Shown: positions 10,906-23,111, counted from the first letter of the stretch. The stretch: 64,000 nt of DNA from Burkholderia sp. (GCA_032470195.1 JAVHYX010000002.1:263625-327624), one strand, 5' to 3'. Numbers and translations are program-made. Notes: generated by a model not told the origin, from the letters alone.

Positions 10906-12309
10906 ATGAAATCACTGCAGATCTACAATACGCTTTCTCGCAGTAAACAAGTTTTTATTCCGCGCCATCCGGGTGAAGTTCGGATGTATGTATGTGGAAT
11001 AACTGTCTATGATTACTGCCATATTGGCCATGCAAGGATGATCGTTATATTTAATCTTGTTCGTAGCTGGCTACGTACGCTTGGATATAAAGTTACATAT
11101 GTGCGCAATATTACAGACATTGACGATAAGATTATCAGACGGGCATCTGAAAATGGAGAGACAATTCATTCACTGACAGAAAGATTCATATCTGCTATGC
11201 ATAAAGATGTCGACGCGCTTGGTATTGAACCTCCAGACTATGAGCCACGAGCAACCGAGTTTATCACGCAGATGCTCAATATGATCGAGGTACTTGAAGT
11301 AAATGGCTACGCATATTACGCGAAGGATGGTGATATCAATTATTCGGTTCGTAAGTTTTTTGAGTATGGAAAACTTTCTGGTAAGTCTCTTAGAGATTTA
11401 CAGGCAGGTTGGCGTCTTTCTACAAATGACTCGAAAGAAGATCCGCTCGATTTCGTACTATGGAAGCGTGCTAAGCCTAGCGAGCCGGATGAATCATCTT
11501 GGCCATCTAAGTATGGATCTGGTCGACCAGGTTGGCATATAGAATGTTCAGCTATGAGCTGTGCACTGCTTGGCGATCACTTCGATATTCATGGTGGTGG
11601 ACAAGATTTACAATTTCCGCATCATGAAAACGAGATTGCGCAGAGCGAAGGTGCAACAGGGAAAACATTCTCTAATTATTGGATGCATAATGGTTTTGTA
11701 GAAATCAATAGCAAGAAGATGTCGAAATCATTCGGTAATGTTCTTACAATTCGACAAATTCTAAAAAATTATGATGCGGAGGTAATCCGTTTTTTTATTA
11801 TACGCACGCATTATCGTTCTCCTATTAACTATAGTAGTGCCCATCTCGATGAAGCACGTACATCACTGACACGACTCTATATTACATTAAAAAATGTTAA
11901 TCCGGATTCGAATAAGCTTGATTGGAATGAGCGATCAGCACAACTTTTTATGTCAGCTATGAATGATGATTTCAATACCCCGTTTGCGGTTACGCTACTA
12001 TTTCAGCTAGCAAATGATATCAATCGTACACGAAATCCAGTGCTCGCACGTCAGCTGAAGGGTCTTGCTGGATCACTTGGGCTTCTCCAGATCGAACCTA
12101 GCGCTTTTCTACATGGAATCAATAAGAATGAGGAAAGAGAAGATAAGCTCTCAGAAAACGAGATTGAATTACGAATCGCTGAGCGTAACATCGCAAAGAT
12201 GAAAAAGGATTATTTTAATGCAGACCGTATTAGATCTGAGCTTTTTAAAGCTGGCATTCTTCTTGAAGATAAGTTTGGTGGATTGACAGAATGGCGGCGT
12301 ATATATTGA
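10906..12309 (+). CDS. cysS: Cysteine-tRNA ligase
   Basis: Motifs [23 protein letters not shown] and KMSKS. Confidence 0.99.
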   Translation: MKSLQIYNTLSRSKQVFIPRHPGEVRMYVCGITVYDYCHIGHARMIVIFNLVRSWLRTLGYKVTYVRNITDIDDKIIRRASENGETIHSLTERFISAMHKDVDALGIEPPDYEPRATEFITQMLNMIEVLEVNGYAYYAKDGDINYSVRKFFEYGKLSGKSLRDLQAGWRLSTNDSKEDPLDFVLWKRAKPSEPDESSWPSKYGSGRPGWHIECSAMSCALLGDHFDIHGGGQDLQFPHHENEIAQSEGATGKTFSNYWMHNGFVEINSKKMSKSFGNVLTIRQILKNYDAEVIRFFIIRTHYRSPINYSSAHLDEARTSLTRLYITLKNVNPDSNKLDWNERSAQLFMSAMNDDFNTPFAVTLLFQLANDINRTRNPVLARQLKGLAGSLGLLQIEPSAFLHGINKNEEREDKLSENEIELRIAERNIAKMKKDYFNADRIRSELFKAGILLEDKFGGLTEWRRIY

Positions 12310-12558
12310 GAAAAATTTTTATTAAGCATATATGTTTACTAAAGTAGTAAATAAATAGATAAATGAAAAACTGGAAAGCGCTTTCCAAGCATAAAAATGG
12401 TATTTTAAAGTTCGAGAAATTGAAATTGAAGTAGATTAAATAATCTTCAATCTAAGAGAGTGCACTTGATAATTTAAAGAATTTTCTGTCTAACCTTTTA
12501 TAAAAGTAGAAATATAGACTATCTAGAAGATATCTATAAAAGATGTAAGTATTATAAT

Positions 12559-13545
12559 ATGAAGATCACATTCCTAGATTTTGAACGATCTATTACGAAA
12601 CTCGAAAAAAAAATAGATGAACTACGATGTATTCATGAAAAATCAGAAATCGATATTTCAGATGAAATAGAGCAGCTATCTCGGAAGAGTAGTCAGCTAA
12701 TAAAAAATCTATATAAGAATTTGACACCGTGGCAAGTTACAAAGATTGCTAGGCATCCACAGCGTCCATATATGCTCGATTACATTAGAGCATTATTTAC
12801 AGATTTTAATGAACTGCATGGGGATCGTACGTTTGCCGACGATGCATCTATTGTTGGCGGACTTGCGAGGTTTGATGGCAATCCGTGCATGGTTATTGGC
12901 CATCAAAAAGGCCGTGACACGAAAGAGCGTATAATACGAAATTTCGGTATGCCACGTCCAGAAGGTTACAGGAAGGCTAGGCGCCTGATGCAGCTCGCGG
13001 AAAAGTTTAGACTGCCAATTTTTACATTTATAGATACACCAGGCGCCTATCCAGGTATTGGTGCAGAGGAGCGTAATCAGTCAGTAGCGATTGGAGAAAA
13101 TCTATATGTGATGTCGAAATTGAAAACGCCAATTATTGCTACAGTAATCGGCGAAGGTGGATCTGGAGGTGCACTAGCAATCGCTGTTGCAGATATAGTG
13201 ATGATGTTAGAGTTCTCTATTTATTCCGTAATTTCTCCAGAAGGCTGCGCATCTATCCTGTGGAAGAGATCAGAAAAGGCGAAAGAAGCAGCTGAAGCTC
13301 TTAGGCTAACCGCAAATCATCTGAAAATGCTTAAACTGATCGATAAGATCATTAACGAGCCTATTGGAGGCGCACATCGCAATCCCAATGCCATGGCTGC
13401 GATACTACGTACGGCGCTCAATGATTCACTGCATCAGATCCAGGAAATAAAAATTGATTCGCTATGCAATCGTAGAATTGATCGTCTTATGGCACATGGT
13501 AGATTTAAGGAAATCGTGTTAGAAACTAATATAGAGGGCTCTTGA
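12559..13545 (+). CDS. accA: Acetyl-CoA carboxylase carboxyltransferase alpha subunit
   Basis: Motifs [28 protein letters not shown] and [10 protein letters not shown]. Confidence 0.99.
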   Translation: MKITFLDFERSITKLEKKIDELRCIHEKSEIDISDEIEQLSRKSSQLIKNLYKNLTPWQVTKIARHPQRPYMLDYIRALFTDFNELHGDRTFADDASIVGGLARFDGNPCMVIGHQKGRDTKERIIRNFGMPRPEGYRKARRLMQLAEKFRLPIFTFIDTPGAYPGIGAEERNQSVAIGENLYVMSKLKTPIIATVIGEGGSGGALAIAVADIVMMLEFSIYSVISPEGCASILWKRSEKAKEAAEALRLTANHLKMLKLIDKIINEPIGGAHRNPNAMAAILRTALNDSLHQIQEIKIDSLCNRRIDRLMAHGRFKEIVLETNIEGS

Positions 13546-13655
13546 TTTGTTCTGTATTCATGGAATTATGCCGTGATGCGTTATGACGACTTTATTTTCA
13601 AATAACTGAATATATAACTAACTGACTTATTACATAATAAGTGTTTTTATTTTAT

Positions 13656-15068
13656 ATGGATCCTTCAGAACACTATTCTGCTACTGATTATATTGTTCTC
13701 AATGCGGTACGCGCTGCCTTTATTAAGGAGCCGATAAATGGACGGATTGCGATTGCATACAGTGGTGGGCTCGATTCATCAACACTACTCGATGCAGCTG
13801 TACGTGTCGCTGGGGCTGATCGATTAATCGCACTGCACATACATCATGGACTTAGTCCGAATGCAGACATATGGGCTAATCATACAGCAGAGATTGCTGA
13901 TTCGCTCGGAATAGAATTTGATATGATGTATATCAACGTAACTCGTGATAATGGGCAAAGTATTGAGGCAAATGCACGCACGCGCCGATATCATACTCTA
14001 GATAAGATGTGTGCACGGCATCGGGCTACCGTGCTTTGGCTAGCACAACATGCTGATGATCAGGCAGAGACGATTATTCTGCAATTACTACGTGGTTCTG
14101 GAATAGCTGGGCTTGCCGCAATGGCATCACATTATCGTCCAGTTGGTATAGTTGGATTGATGGAATCAAAAGTTAAACGTGTGAGACCGGTACTACATTT
14201 ATCTCGGTTACAACTTGAATGCTATGCTAAGAATCGTGGTCTTCATTGGATTGAAGACGAATCAAATAAAGATATTCGATATATAAGAAATGCTCTTCGA
14301 AAAGACGTGATGCCTACACTTGCTGTTTATTTCCCTGGATTTCGGGATACACTCTTCCGAGCTTCTAAGCATGCAGCGGTTGCACAGAATCTACTTGATG
14401 ATCTAGGAGCTCTTGATTTTTCTGCTGTTGCGCTTGATGGCGAACGTACATTATCTCATAGTGCGTTCATCGCGCTTAATGATGCACGCGCCGCGAACTT
14501 ACTACGCTACTGGATTCGCAAGCTTGACTTACCAGGCGCATCTTCTTCTCGAATTTATAATATGATCCGTCAGCTACGTAACGTACACGATTCTCATTCA
14601 ATGTGTGTTAATCATTCTGGATACTCGTTACGGCTATATCGTGATACTCTATATTTTGATAAATTTAAAAATGATCATAGGAAATCGCGAATAGAATATC
14701 GTTGTATATGGCATGGTCAGGAAACTTGGTATTTACCAGAATGGAACGGTAAGTTTATTTTTGCCCTGACATCACCAGATGATGTATGTGCGGTATCCGA
14801 TATACAGTTGCGAGATGCGATGCTACTTGCATGCCAGAGACGAGGTGGTGAACGAATATATACCAAGAAGAATGGCAAAGCACGCACTCTAAAGAATCTA
14901 TTTCAGGAACGCGGCATACCATCTTGGCAGCGCGATGTGCCGCTCCTTTATATTGGTGATCGACTGCTTTATGTTCCAAAACTTGGAATTAATTTAGATG
15001 TATTGCCTGTAAGAGGATCTACAGAATTGGAGACTAGTACACAATGGCGAAGGATTATATGGCAGTAA
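13656..15068 (+). CDS. tilS: tRNA(Ile)-lysidine synthase
   Basis: Motifs AYSGGLDS, HHGL and HADDQAET..LLRGSG. ATG at 13656; alternative GTG at 13641. Confidence 0.96.
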   Translation: MDPSEHYSATDYIVLNAVRAAFIKEPINGRIAIAYSGGLDSSTLLDAAVRVAGADRLIALHIHHGLSPNADIWANHTAEIADSLGIEFDMMYINVTRDNGQSIEANARTRRYHTLDKMCARHRATVLWLAQHADDQAETIILQLLRGSGIAGLAAMASHYRPVGIVGLMESKVKRVRPVLHLSRLQLECYAKNRGLHWIEDESNKDIRYIRNALRKDVMPTLAVYFPGFRDTLFRASKHAAVAQNLLDDLGALDFSAVALDGERTLSHSAFIALNDARAANLLRYWIRKLDLPGASSSRIYNMIRQLRNVHDSHSMCVNHSGYSLRLYRDTLYFDKFKNDHRKSRIEYRCIWHGQETWYLPEWNGKFIFALTSPDDVCAVSDIQLRDAMLLACQRRGGERIYTKKNGKARTLKNLFQERGIPSWQRDVPLLYIGDRLLYVPKLGINLDVLPVRGSTELETSTQWRRIIWQ

Positions 15069-15211
15069 TTAGCCCTATTAATTATTTGACTAAAGTGTTT
15101 GCTTTTCAATTTGACTCTATTCGAATAAAATTAATTGTCTATATGTATTAGTTTTTTGAGTCAGCGTTAGTATAGGCATTTGGCTATCTCGCAGTTTAAA
15201 GCAGGGCGATA

Positions 15212-16468
15212 ATGTCACTCATTGTGCATAAATACGGCGGAACTTCTGTAGGCTCTGTAGAGCGTATAAAAAATGTCGCAAAACGCATTGCAAAATGGCA
15301 TAAGGCCGGTCACCAGATGGTAATCGTGCCATCGGCAATGTCTGGTGAAACAAATCGTCTTCTTGATTTAGCAAAAGAGATTACAGGGAAACCACGACCG
15401 CGAGAGCTCGATATGATCACATCGACGGGCGAGCAAGTCAGCGTAGGTTTGTTATCTATAGCATTACAAGAAATCGGTATTGAGGCTGTTAGTTATACAG
15501 GCTGGCAAGTTCCTATTAAGACTGATAGTGCCTTCACTAAGGCACGTATCCATTCGATAGATCATAAACGTGTTAAATATGCTTTAAAGTCTGGAAAGAT
15601 TGTAATCATAACTGGTTTTCAAGGCGTTGATCCGGATGGTCATATTACTACACTCGGACGAGGTGGATCGGATACGTCAGCGGTTGCAGTTGCAGCTGCG
15701 CTATCTGCTGATGAATGTCTGATCTATACAGATGTCGATGGTATATATACTACTGATCCTCGAGTTGTAGACGATGCGAGGCGTCTCGACCGTGTAACAT
15801 TCGAGGAAATGCTTGAAATGGCAAGTCTTGGATCGAAGATTCTACAAATCCGTTCAGTTGAATTTGCTGGTAAATATCGAGTAAAAACGCGCGTTCTGTC
15901 AAGTCTGACAGATCCAATGATTTCACTTGAAAAAGAAATGTGTTCAGGCACTTTGATTACTTTTGAAGAAGATATGTCCATGGAAAAAGCTGTCGTTTCT
16001 GGTATTGCATTTCAGCGTGATGAAGCGCGCATTGCAGTAGTTGGTGTACCAGATAGATTAGGTATTGCATATCAAATTCTTGGTCCAATCGCGGATGCAA
16101 ATATAGGAGTTGATATGATTATTCAAAATCAGAGCGTCGAAGGTAAGACCGACTTTACATTTACAGTCGGACGCGCCGACTATCACCGCTCAATGGAGAT
16201 TCTATCTAATCAGGTGATACAGCAGCATGTCAGTGCTAGGCAAGTGAAGGGCGATCAAAAGGTATCAAAGGTTTCAGTCGTCGGAGTAGGAATGCGGTCT
16301 AACGTTGGTGTCGCAAGTAGTATGTTCCACGCTCTATCTGAAGAAGGAATTAATATTCAGATGATCTCAACGTCAGAAATTAAGATTTCTGTTCTGATCG
16401 ATGAAAAATATATGGAACTAGCAGTTCGCGCCTTACATAAGGTATTTGAACTCGATTTAGTTCAGTAG
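15212..16468 (+). CDS. lysC: Aspartate kinase (alpha2beta2 type, two ACT domains)
   Basis: Motifs VHKYGGTSV, TLGRGGSDTSA, YTDVDG and ISTSEIKIS. Confidence 0.98.
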   Translation: MSLIVHKYGGTSVGSVERIKNVAKRIAKWHKAGHQMVIVPSAMSGETNRLLDLAKEITGKPRPRELDMITSTGEQVSVGLLSIALQEIGIEAVSYTGWQVPIKTDSAFTKARIHSIDHKRVKYALKSGKIVIITGFQGVDPDGHITTLGRGGSDTSAVAVAAALSADECLIYTDVDGIYTTDPRVVDDARRLDRVTFEEMLEMASLGSKILQIRSVEFAGKYRVKTRVLSSLTDPMISLEKEMCSGTLITFEEDMSMEKAVVSGIAFQRDEARIAVVGVPDRLGIAYQILGPIADANIGVDMIIQNQSVEGKTDFTFTVGRADYHRSMEILSNQVIQQHVSARQVKGDQKVSKVSVVGVGMRSNVGVASSMFHALSEEGINIQMISTSEIKISVLIDEKYMELAVRALHKVFELDLVQ

Positions 16469-16585
16469 ATTTTTATAATCTTTTAAATTTAAATACTTCT
16501 TTCAAATAGGAATATAACTTCTATAAGAACTATGCTAGTTTACATAAATCTATATTATTTCAATTTATTATAAAAAAAGATATTT

Positions 16586-16679
16586 GGAGACGTGGCCGAG
16601 AGGTCGAAGGCAATCCCCTGCTAAGGGATCATCTAGGTCAAAATCTGGATCGAGGGTTCGAATCCCTCCGTCTCCGCCA
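16586..16679 (+). tRNA. tRNA-Ser (GCT)
   Basis: GGAGACGTGGCCGAGAGG...ATCCC-CTGCTAA-GGGAT, long variable arm, GGTTCGAATCC, CCA end. Confidence 0.97.
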
Positions 16680-17215
16680 AGGAGTATTAGTTAGTAAGAA
16701 AAAGAATATATAGAGTCTAATTTAAATAAATTTTAAAGTCTTAGTCTGTTTAACGTATTTTTCTTTCTCTAGTTGTTTAGTTACAGCTTATTTATAGCTT
16801 CTTACCACTGTGCTAATATATAAAAACCTGACAATCATAGAGATTTCTTTCGAAATAAATATATAATTTTTAGCAATAATTATTTTCAAATAACTAAAAG
16901 GAGCTAGAGGTGATACGTTGTTATTTAAGCTTTATTAAGACTGCGAATCTAGATATATTTTTATAATCACGGATATAAAAACTAATGTAGAGTCTACAAA
17001 TTAAATTAATTAGGTAATTTAGATAAATTCATCCTTAAAATTTTCTTTCTATTTATTTACTATTTATTAAGTGTCTATTACAAATACGAGAATAGAATTA
17101 TTTCTACATAAAATATAAACAGATATGATGTATTTCTCGAAAATTTCTTCTAATACACCTAAGTGCTTGCAGGCTTAGCTGATAAGTTTTTTTATCTTAA
17201 ATCTTACGAAAAGAT

Positions 17216-17428
17216 ATGACTACAATTCTTTTAAAGGAAAATGAGCCGTTTGAAGTAGCGATACGTCGCTTTCGGCGAGCTATCGAAAAAAATGGCCTGA
17301 TCACTGAACTACGTGAGAGACAGTCTTATGAAAAACCAACTTCCGTTCGTAAACGTAAGAAAGTTGCTGCAGTGAAACGGTTACATAAACGCTTACGTAG
17401 CCAGATGCTACCGAAAAAGCTTTACTGA
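17216..17428 (+). CDS. rpsU: 30S ribosomal protein S21
   Basis: [21 protein letters not shown]...YEKPT..RKRKK. Confidence 0.98.
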   Translation: MTTILLKENEPFEVAIRRFRRAIEKNGLITELRERQSYEKPTSVRKRKKVAAVKRLHKRLRSQMLPKKLY

Positions 17429-17708
17429 AGACTTATATTTGATCTAAATATTTTAATATTGCGCCAAATTGATATTTGCTCATACTTCTTAGTATGTATA
17501 AAATTTTACTACTTTAGTATAATTAATAGTAATCGATAAGTCGTATATGTAATATATTACGTACCATAAAAAATATATTGACTCAAACATTGTCATATAT
17601 TTCCTCAAATTATAAATATTCTATAAGACATGAAGTCATGATGGGTCACTTTCAAAATAATTTTGACTTATAAGTTTAACTATATAAAATATATTAAGAT
17701 TTTTTATA

Positions 17709-18596
17709 TTAGATATTCGAGAGATGCTCATTCCAGTGAAGCTTCTTGCGCAGGGTCGCATAATAACTGTGATCGATTGGATGCAAGAAAGATACTGTAT
17801 GTTTTGAACGCCTCACTTCGATTGAGTCATTAATTACAAGCGATGTAAACGATTGCATATCACAATTTAAATTAACATCGCGACCGCCAACGAATTGAAT
17901 CGAAATATTTGAGTCATCTGGAAGAACAATTGGTCGATTAGAGAGCTCATGTGGTGCAATTGGTACCAATACGATACCTTGTAATTGAGGATGTAGAATC
18001 GGTCCGGATGATGATAAAGCATATGCGGTAGAGCCAGTCGGCGTTGCAACAATCAAGCCATCTGAACGCTGGTTATACATGAAGCGGCCGTCGACTGAAG
18101 TACGTAATTCAATCATTCCGGAAAATCCGCTTCTGTTTACAACTACATCATTAAGTGCAAGTGTCTCATAGATAGACTTGCCATCACGTATAATCCGTGC
18201 TTCAAGCAATCTTCGTTTCTCACGGTTAAATGTGCCTGAGAGTATGACTGGGACGATCTGTAGCATGTCTGAAGCTGCAATATCAGTAATAAATCCAAGT
18301 CGACCGTGATTAATACCAATCAATGGAATCTGATGTAATGCTAGCTGGCGACAAACATTAAGCATTGTACCGTCGCCACCAAGCACAACTACAACGTCAG
18401 CAAATGTACCAATTGCAACAGGAGTCAATACTGGATAATCAGCTATGCCATATTCGCACGCTGTGTTAGATTCGAATACAACTTGAAATCCGTTCTTTAT
18501 AATAGTTTTGGCAAGCTTAGTAAGCGGCTCAATGATTTCAGGAGTATTTGCTCGGCCAACGAGTGCAACAGTATGAAATTGATAATCGGTTTTCAT
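17709..18596 (-). CDS. nadK: NAD kinase
   Basis: Motifs [21 protein letters not shown] and [14 protein letters not shown]. Confidence 0.98.
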   Translation of the reverse strand: MKTDYQFHTVALVGRANTPEIIEPLTKLAKTIIKNGFQVVFESNTACEYGIADYPVLTPVAIGTFADVVVVLGGDGTMLNVCRQLALHQIPLIGINHGRLGFITDIAASDMLQIVPVILSGTFNREKRRLLEARIIRDGKSIYETLALNDVVVNRSGFSGMIELRTSVDGRFMYNQRSDGLIVATPTGSTAYALSSSGPILHPQLQGIVLVPIAPHELSNRPIVLPDDSNISIQFVGGRDVNLNCDMQSFTSLVINDSIEVRRSKHTVSFLHPIDHSYYATLRKKLHWNEHLSNI

Positions 18597-18923
18597 CGTG
18601 ACACACGATAGCTTAATAAAGAGAAAAATTTAGTTGTTTCATCTAGGAATATTGTAGATTTCTTAAAATCACACATCTGAGAAAATCTACTTGACTATAT
18701 TCGAATAAGCAAAATTATTAAAATGATTGATAATCATTCAGATTAAAATATAACTATTAGTGTATTATTACATAAGGTGAATATATGAAAATTTTTCTTA
18801 TACTCTATGTATAGTAGTATTCATTTAAATAAATCTAGCAAGAATAGTTACGTAATATCAATTCTTTACGAGAAGAAGAGAATTAATTTAGAATAAGCGA
18901 AGCTTTAATAATTATCTCTATCT

Positions 18924-19994
18924 ATGAGTTTCGATTTTGAGCCGACTTCAAACAAAATTACTAGCACTTACAGTGTTGCTGTTCTATTAATTAATATCGG
19001 CACACCAGATATGCCGACACGTCTAGCAGTTCGAGATTATCTTACTAAGCTTCTATCTGATCCTCGCGTTATTGAAATTCCAAAGTTAATCTGGAAAATA
19101 TTACTACATACAATAATTTTACCACTTCGCTGTCGTATAGTTTCTAGGAAATACGCAGCTATCTGGATGCCGAATGGCTCCCCTTTACGTATATATACAG
19201 AACAACAGGTTGAAGGAGTACAATACCTATTCAAATCTAGTCATGATCAGGTAATAGTTGACTACGCGATGCGTTATTGTAACAAAACTAATATTAGCAA
19301 AATTCTTACAAAGCTAAAATGTTCAGGTGTTGAGAAAGTTCTATTAATGCCAATGTATCCTCAATATTCATCATCGACGACTGGATCGGCATTTGATTCT
19401 GCATTTAAAGCACTCATGCAAATGCGTAATCAGTTAGAGATTCGTACAATTCAACAATATGGAAATCACCCGGCGTATATTAATGCGCTCGTCGAGAGGG
19501 TTCAGCAGTACTGGGCTGAATATAATACACCAGATTTCAAGGCTGGTGACAAGCTGGTTCTAAGTTTCCATGGTATGCCGAAATATAGTATTAGCCTTGG
19601 TGATCCTTATTATAATCAATGCTTATCAACAGCATCGAGAGTAATAGCTAGACTTGGACTATCGACTACTGAATGTAGCGTCACATTTCAGTCGCGTTTT
19701 GGCAAGACTGAATGGTTGCAGCCATATACAGAGTCAACATTGCGTGAACTTGGAAAGTCTGGTGTTTATCGTACAGATGTATTTTGTCCAGGCTTCACTG
19801 CAGACTGTCTTGAAACAATCTGGGAAATCGGAATAGAAGTTCGAGACGCATTTCTCTCTGCCGGTGGGCAAGTTTTCCATCGGATTCCGTGCTTGAATGC
19901 CTCGCTTCCTTGGATCCGTGCTATTAGTGAGATAGTTTCTGAAAATATAGAGGGTTGGCCGGTCAGAAAAATACATCTCGAAACATCTAATTAA
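18924..19994 (+). CDS. hemH: Ferrochelatase
   Basis: Motifs NIGTP, YPQYS.STT, SFHG, FQSRFG..WLQPYT and DCLET. Confidence 0.97.
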   Translation: MSFDFEPTSNKITSTYSVAVLLINIGTPDMPTRLAVRDYLTKLLSDPRVIEIPKLIWKILLHTIILPLRCRIVSRKYAAIWMPNGSPLRIYTEQQVEGVQYLFKSSHDQVIVDYAMRYCNKTNISKILTKLKCSGVEKVLLMPMYPQYSSSTTGSAFDSAFKALMQMRNQLEIRTIQQYGNHPAYINALVERVQQYWAEYNTPDFKAGDKLVLSFHGMPKYSISLGDPYYNQCLSTASRVIARLGLSTTECSVTFQSRFGKTEWLQPYTESTLRELGKSGVYRTDVFCPGFTADCLETIWEIGIEVRDAFLSAGGQVFHRIPCLNASLPWIRAISEIVSENIEGWPVRKIHLETSN

Positions 19995-20117
19995 AACTAG
20001 ACTCAATAGATTAAAATATATGATTTTTACGGAGAGAATAGAAGTGTGAGAGATAACAAAGTAAAAGTATAGATATGTTTTCTAGATAGCTCTATATAAA
20101 ATAACTCAATTCAAAAT

Positions 20118-20144
20118 ATTGAAAATACATTTCTTGTACCATAC
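20118..20144 (+). promoter_or_regulatory. Degenerate sigma-32-like promoter upstream of grpE
   Basis: ATTGAA-N13-TACCAT compared with the consensus CTTGAA-N13/14-CCCCAT. Confidence 0.35.
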
Positions 20145-20247
20145 CTGTGTATATAACTTAGCTATAATTAGCAATGTTATTAGTAATTAATATTTGTGCT
20201 TGAGATTTTATTTAACTTTTCTAATCCAATTTATTTCATTCAGCAAT

Positions 20248-20817
20248 ATGAAAAATATGAAAGAAAATTCTTCGACTGAATCGATTAACGACTCTAGCTC
20301 TGATATAAATACAACACAGGATGCTCAGGATATTTCTTCTGAATCAGGTCCTGATAGAACAGAATTTGACGAAATTCAAGAAAAGATCAATGAAATGCAA
20401 GAGAACTATCTGCGAGCAAAGGCAGAGACAGAAAATATACGTCGACGATCTCAGGAAGAGATATCAAAGATAAATAAATTTGCAATTGAAAACCTTGCAA
20501 AGCAGCTTTTACCAGCTCTTGACAGTTTAGAAGCTGCAGTGAGTGATACATCTGATAACCTTGCAAAAGTTCGAGAAGGAATAGATCTGACGTTACGCCA
20601 ATTGCAGGACGTACTCCAAAAATTTTGTGTAATACAGCTAAACCCAATTGGCGAGAAATTCGATCCATATTTACATCAGGCAATTTCGACAGTAGAAGTC
20701 AATCAAAAACCTAATACTATTACTACAGTACTCCAAAAAGGATATAAGATTTCAGATCGTGTGCTTCGTCCCGCACTTGTAATTGTAGCTAAAAGTGCAG
20801 AGACTGAGAAATCATAG
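20248..20817 (+). CDS. grpE: Nucleotide exchange factor GrpE
   Basis: Motifs [22 protein letters not shown] and [19 protein letters not shown] start taken at 20248; the ORF track begins at an upstream TTG. Confidence 0.97.
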   Translation: MKNMKENSSTESINDSSSDINTTQDAQDISSESGPDRTEFDEIQEKINEMQENYLRAKAETENIRRRSQEEISKINKFAIENLAKQLLPALDSLEAAVSDTSDNLAKVREGIDLTLRQLQDVLQKFCVIQLNPIGEKFDPYLHQAISTVEVNQKPNTITTVLQKGYKISDRVLRPALVIVAKSAETEKS

Positions 20818-20911
20818 TAATAATGTATAGTTTAAGCAGTAAAATTAGAATTCTGTTAGGCATTTAAAGCAGATTGTTCTTAAATTGAGGTAATGCATCT
20901 ATCCGTAAGGT

Positions 20912-20939
20912 CTTGAAAATGATCTAGGAGGACTTATCT
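20912..20939 (+). promoter_or_regulatory. Degenerate sigma-32-like promoter upstream of dnaK
   Basis: Perfect -35 CTTGAAA followed by a weak -10 (ACTTATCT) at 14-nt spacing. Confidence 0.3.
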
Positions 20940-21027
20940 CTATTAAGCGTTGAACCGGCTACAAAACTATTTAAAAGATATAAACTATAGTTTTATAGAG
21001 TAAGCAGGGGTTTCTGGAGACTAAGAA

Positions 21028-22983
21028 ATGGGAAAGATCATTGGTATTGACCTCGGTACCACAAATTCATGTGTTGCGGTCATGGAAGGTAGTCAGGTTA
21101 AAGTTATTGAGAATTCAGAAGGTACTCGAACAACACCTTCAATTATTGCATATATAGACGACAACGAAGTACTTGTTGGTGCGCCAGCAAAGCGTCAGTC
21201 TGTCACAAACCCACGCAGTACGTTGTTTGCTGTCAAGCGTCTGATTGGTCGACGCTTCGAAGAGAAAGAGGTACAGAAAGATATTGGCTTAATGCCATAT
21301 AAGATTATGAAAGCCGATAACGGGGATGCATGGATTGAGGTGCGCGGTCAAAAGCTTGCACCACCTCAAATTTCTGCAAAAGTTTTACAGAAAATGAAGA
21401 AGACAGCGGAGGATTATCTTGGTGAGGTTATTACAGAAGCAGTAATTACTGTACCAGCATACTTCAATGATAGTCAGCGTCAGGCAACAAAGGACGCAGG
21501 TAGAATCGCTGGCCTAGAAGTGAAGCGAATTATTAATGAACCAACTGCCGCTGCACTCGCATTTGGTCTTGACAAGGCTGGAAAAGGTGATAGAAAAATT
21601 GCAGTCTATGATCTTGGTGGTGGCACATTTGATGTTTCTATTATCGAGATTGCAGATGTCGATGGTGAAATGCAGTTCGAAGTATTATCAACAAATGGTG
21701 ATACTTTCCTTGGCGGTGAGGACTTTGACCAACGTATAATTGACTATATTATTAACGAGTTCAAAAAAGATCAGGGAGTCGATCTTTCAAAAGATGTTCT
21801 GGCACTACAACGTCTTAAAGAAGCAGCTGAAAAGGCTAAGATTGAACTTTCATCAAGTCAGCAGACCGAAATTAATCTACCGTATATTACCGCTGATGCA
21901 TCCGGTCCTAAACATCTGAGTCTAAAGATTACTCGCGCAAAACTTGAATCTCTTGTTGAAGATCTTATTGAGCGCACAATCAGTCCATGTCAGATAGCGA
22001 TCAAGGATGCTAAAGTCAGTGTCTCAGATATAAATGACGTAATTCTTGTCGGTGGTCAGACGAGAATGCCAAAGGTTCAAGACAAAGTAAAAGAACTATT
22101 TAGTAAGGATCCGAGGCGTGATGTAAATCCGGATGAAGCTGTTGCAGTTGGTGCTGCTATACAAGGTCAGGTGTTATCTGGTGACCGAAAGGATGTACTT
22201 CTTCTTGACGTTACCCCGTTATCATTAGGTATCGAGACGCTCGGTGGCGTAATGACGAAGATGATCAATAAAAATACAACGATTCCAACGAAGCATACGC
22301 AGATATATTCAACTGCGGACGATAATCAGGGTGCTGTAACGATTAAGGTATTTCAGGGTGAACGCGAAATGGCAGCTGGAAACAAGCTGCTTGGCGAATT
22401 TAATCTTGAAGGAATTCCGCCAGCACCACGTGGCGTACCACAAATTGAAGTAACATTTGACATCGATGCGAATGGTATTTTACATGTCCGTGCGAAGGAT
22501 AAAACAACCGGAAAGGAAAATAAAATTACAATTAAGGCAAACTCTGGTTTGTCTGATGCAGAGATTGAAAATATGGTCAAGGATGCAGAAGCAAATATAG
22601 AGGAAGATCAAAAACTTCGACAACTAGCTGAAACTAGAAATCAAGGTGATGCACTTGTACATAGCACTAGGAAAGCAATAGCTCAATATGGAGATAAGCT
22701 GGAAAAAGAAGAAAAAGGAAAAATTGAGACGTTGATAAAAGATGTAGAGGAAGTTTTAAAGGATACGTCATCAGACAAAGCTGCTATTGATTTAAAGATT
22801 GAAGCACTTAACGCTGCTTCACAGAAGCTAAGTGAGAAAATGTATAATGACATACAGGCACACCAGTCTGTTAATAATGGATCGGAGGGAACAGGAGAAT
22901 CTTCTAATAGAAGGGCTGATGGAACAGAAAATCGAGCTGATGGAGTTGTTGATGCTGAGTTTAAGGAAGTAAAAAAAGACTAA
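21028..22983 (+). CDS. dnaK: Chaperone DnaK (Hsp70)
   Basis: Motifs [26 protein letters not shown] and [11 protein letters not shown]; C-terminal DAEFKEV. Confidence 0.99.
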   Translation: MGKIIGIDLGTTNSCVAVMEGSQVKVIENSEGTRTTPSIIAYIDDNEVLVGAPAKRQSVTNPRSTLFAVKRLIGRRFEEKEVQKDIGLMPYKIMKADNGDAWIEVRGQKLAPPQISAKVLQKMKKTAEDYLGEVITEAVITVPAYFNDSQRQATKDAGRIAGLEVKRIINEPTAAALAFGLDKAGKGDRKIAVYDLGGGTFDVSIIEIADVDGEMQFEVLSTNGDTFLGGEDFDQRIIDYIINEFKKDQGVDLSKDVLALQRLKEAAEKAKIELSSSQQTEINLPYITADASGPKHLSLKITRAKLESLVEDLIERTISPCQIAIKDAKVSVSDINDVILVGGQTRMPKVQDKVKELFSKDPRRDVNPDEAVAVGAAIQGQVLSGDRKDVLLLDVTPLSLGIETLGGVMTKMINKNTTIPTKHTQIYSTADDNQGAVTIKVFQGEREMAAGNKLLGEFNLEGIPPAPRGVPQIEVTFDIDANGILHVRAKDKTTGKENKITIKANSGLSDAEIENMVKDAEANIEEDQKLRQLAETRNQGDALVHSTRKAIAQYGDKLEKEEKGKIETLIKDVEEVLKDTSSDKAAIDLKIEALNAASQKLSEKMYNDIQAHQSVNNGSEGTGESSNRRADGTENRADGVVDAEFKEVKKD

Positions 22984-23072
22984 AGCTACCCCTATAGGAG
23001 ACTCTATATGATTAAAATTTCCTTTTGGTCTACTCTTAAAAAGAGTAGAAAGATTTCTTAGAAAATAAATCG

Positions 23073-23111
23073 GCCTGGCGGATATAAAAGTCCCGTCAGG
23101 CGTATTTTTTT
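23073..23111 (+). terminator. Intrinsic terminator or attenuator between dnaK and dnaJ
   Basis: gcctggcgg...ccgtcaggc 9-bp stem with one G-U pair, followed by gtattttttt. Confidence 0.75.
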
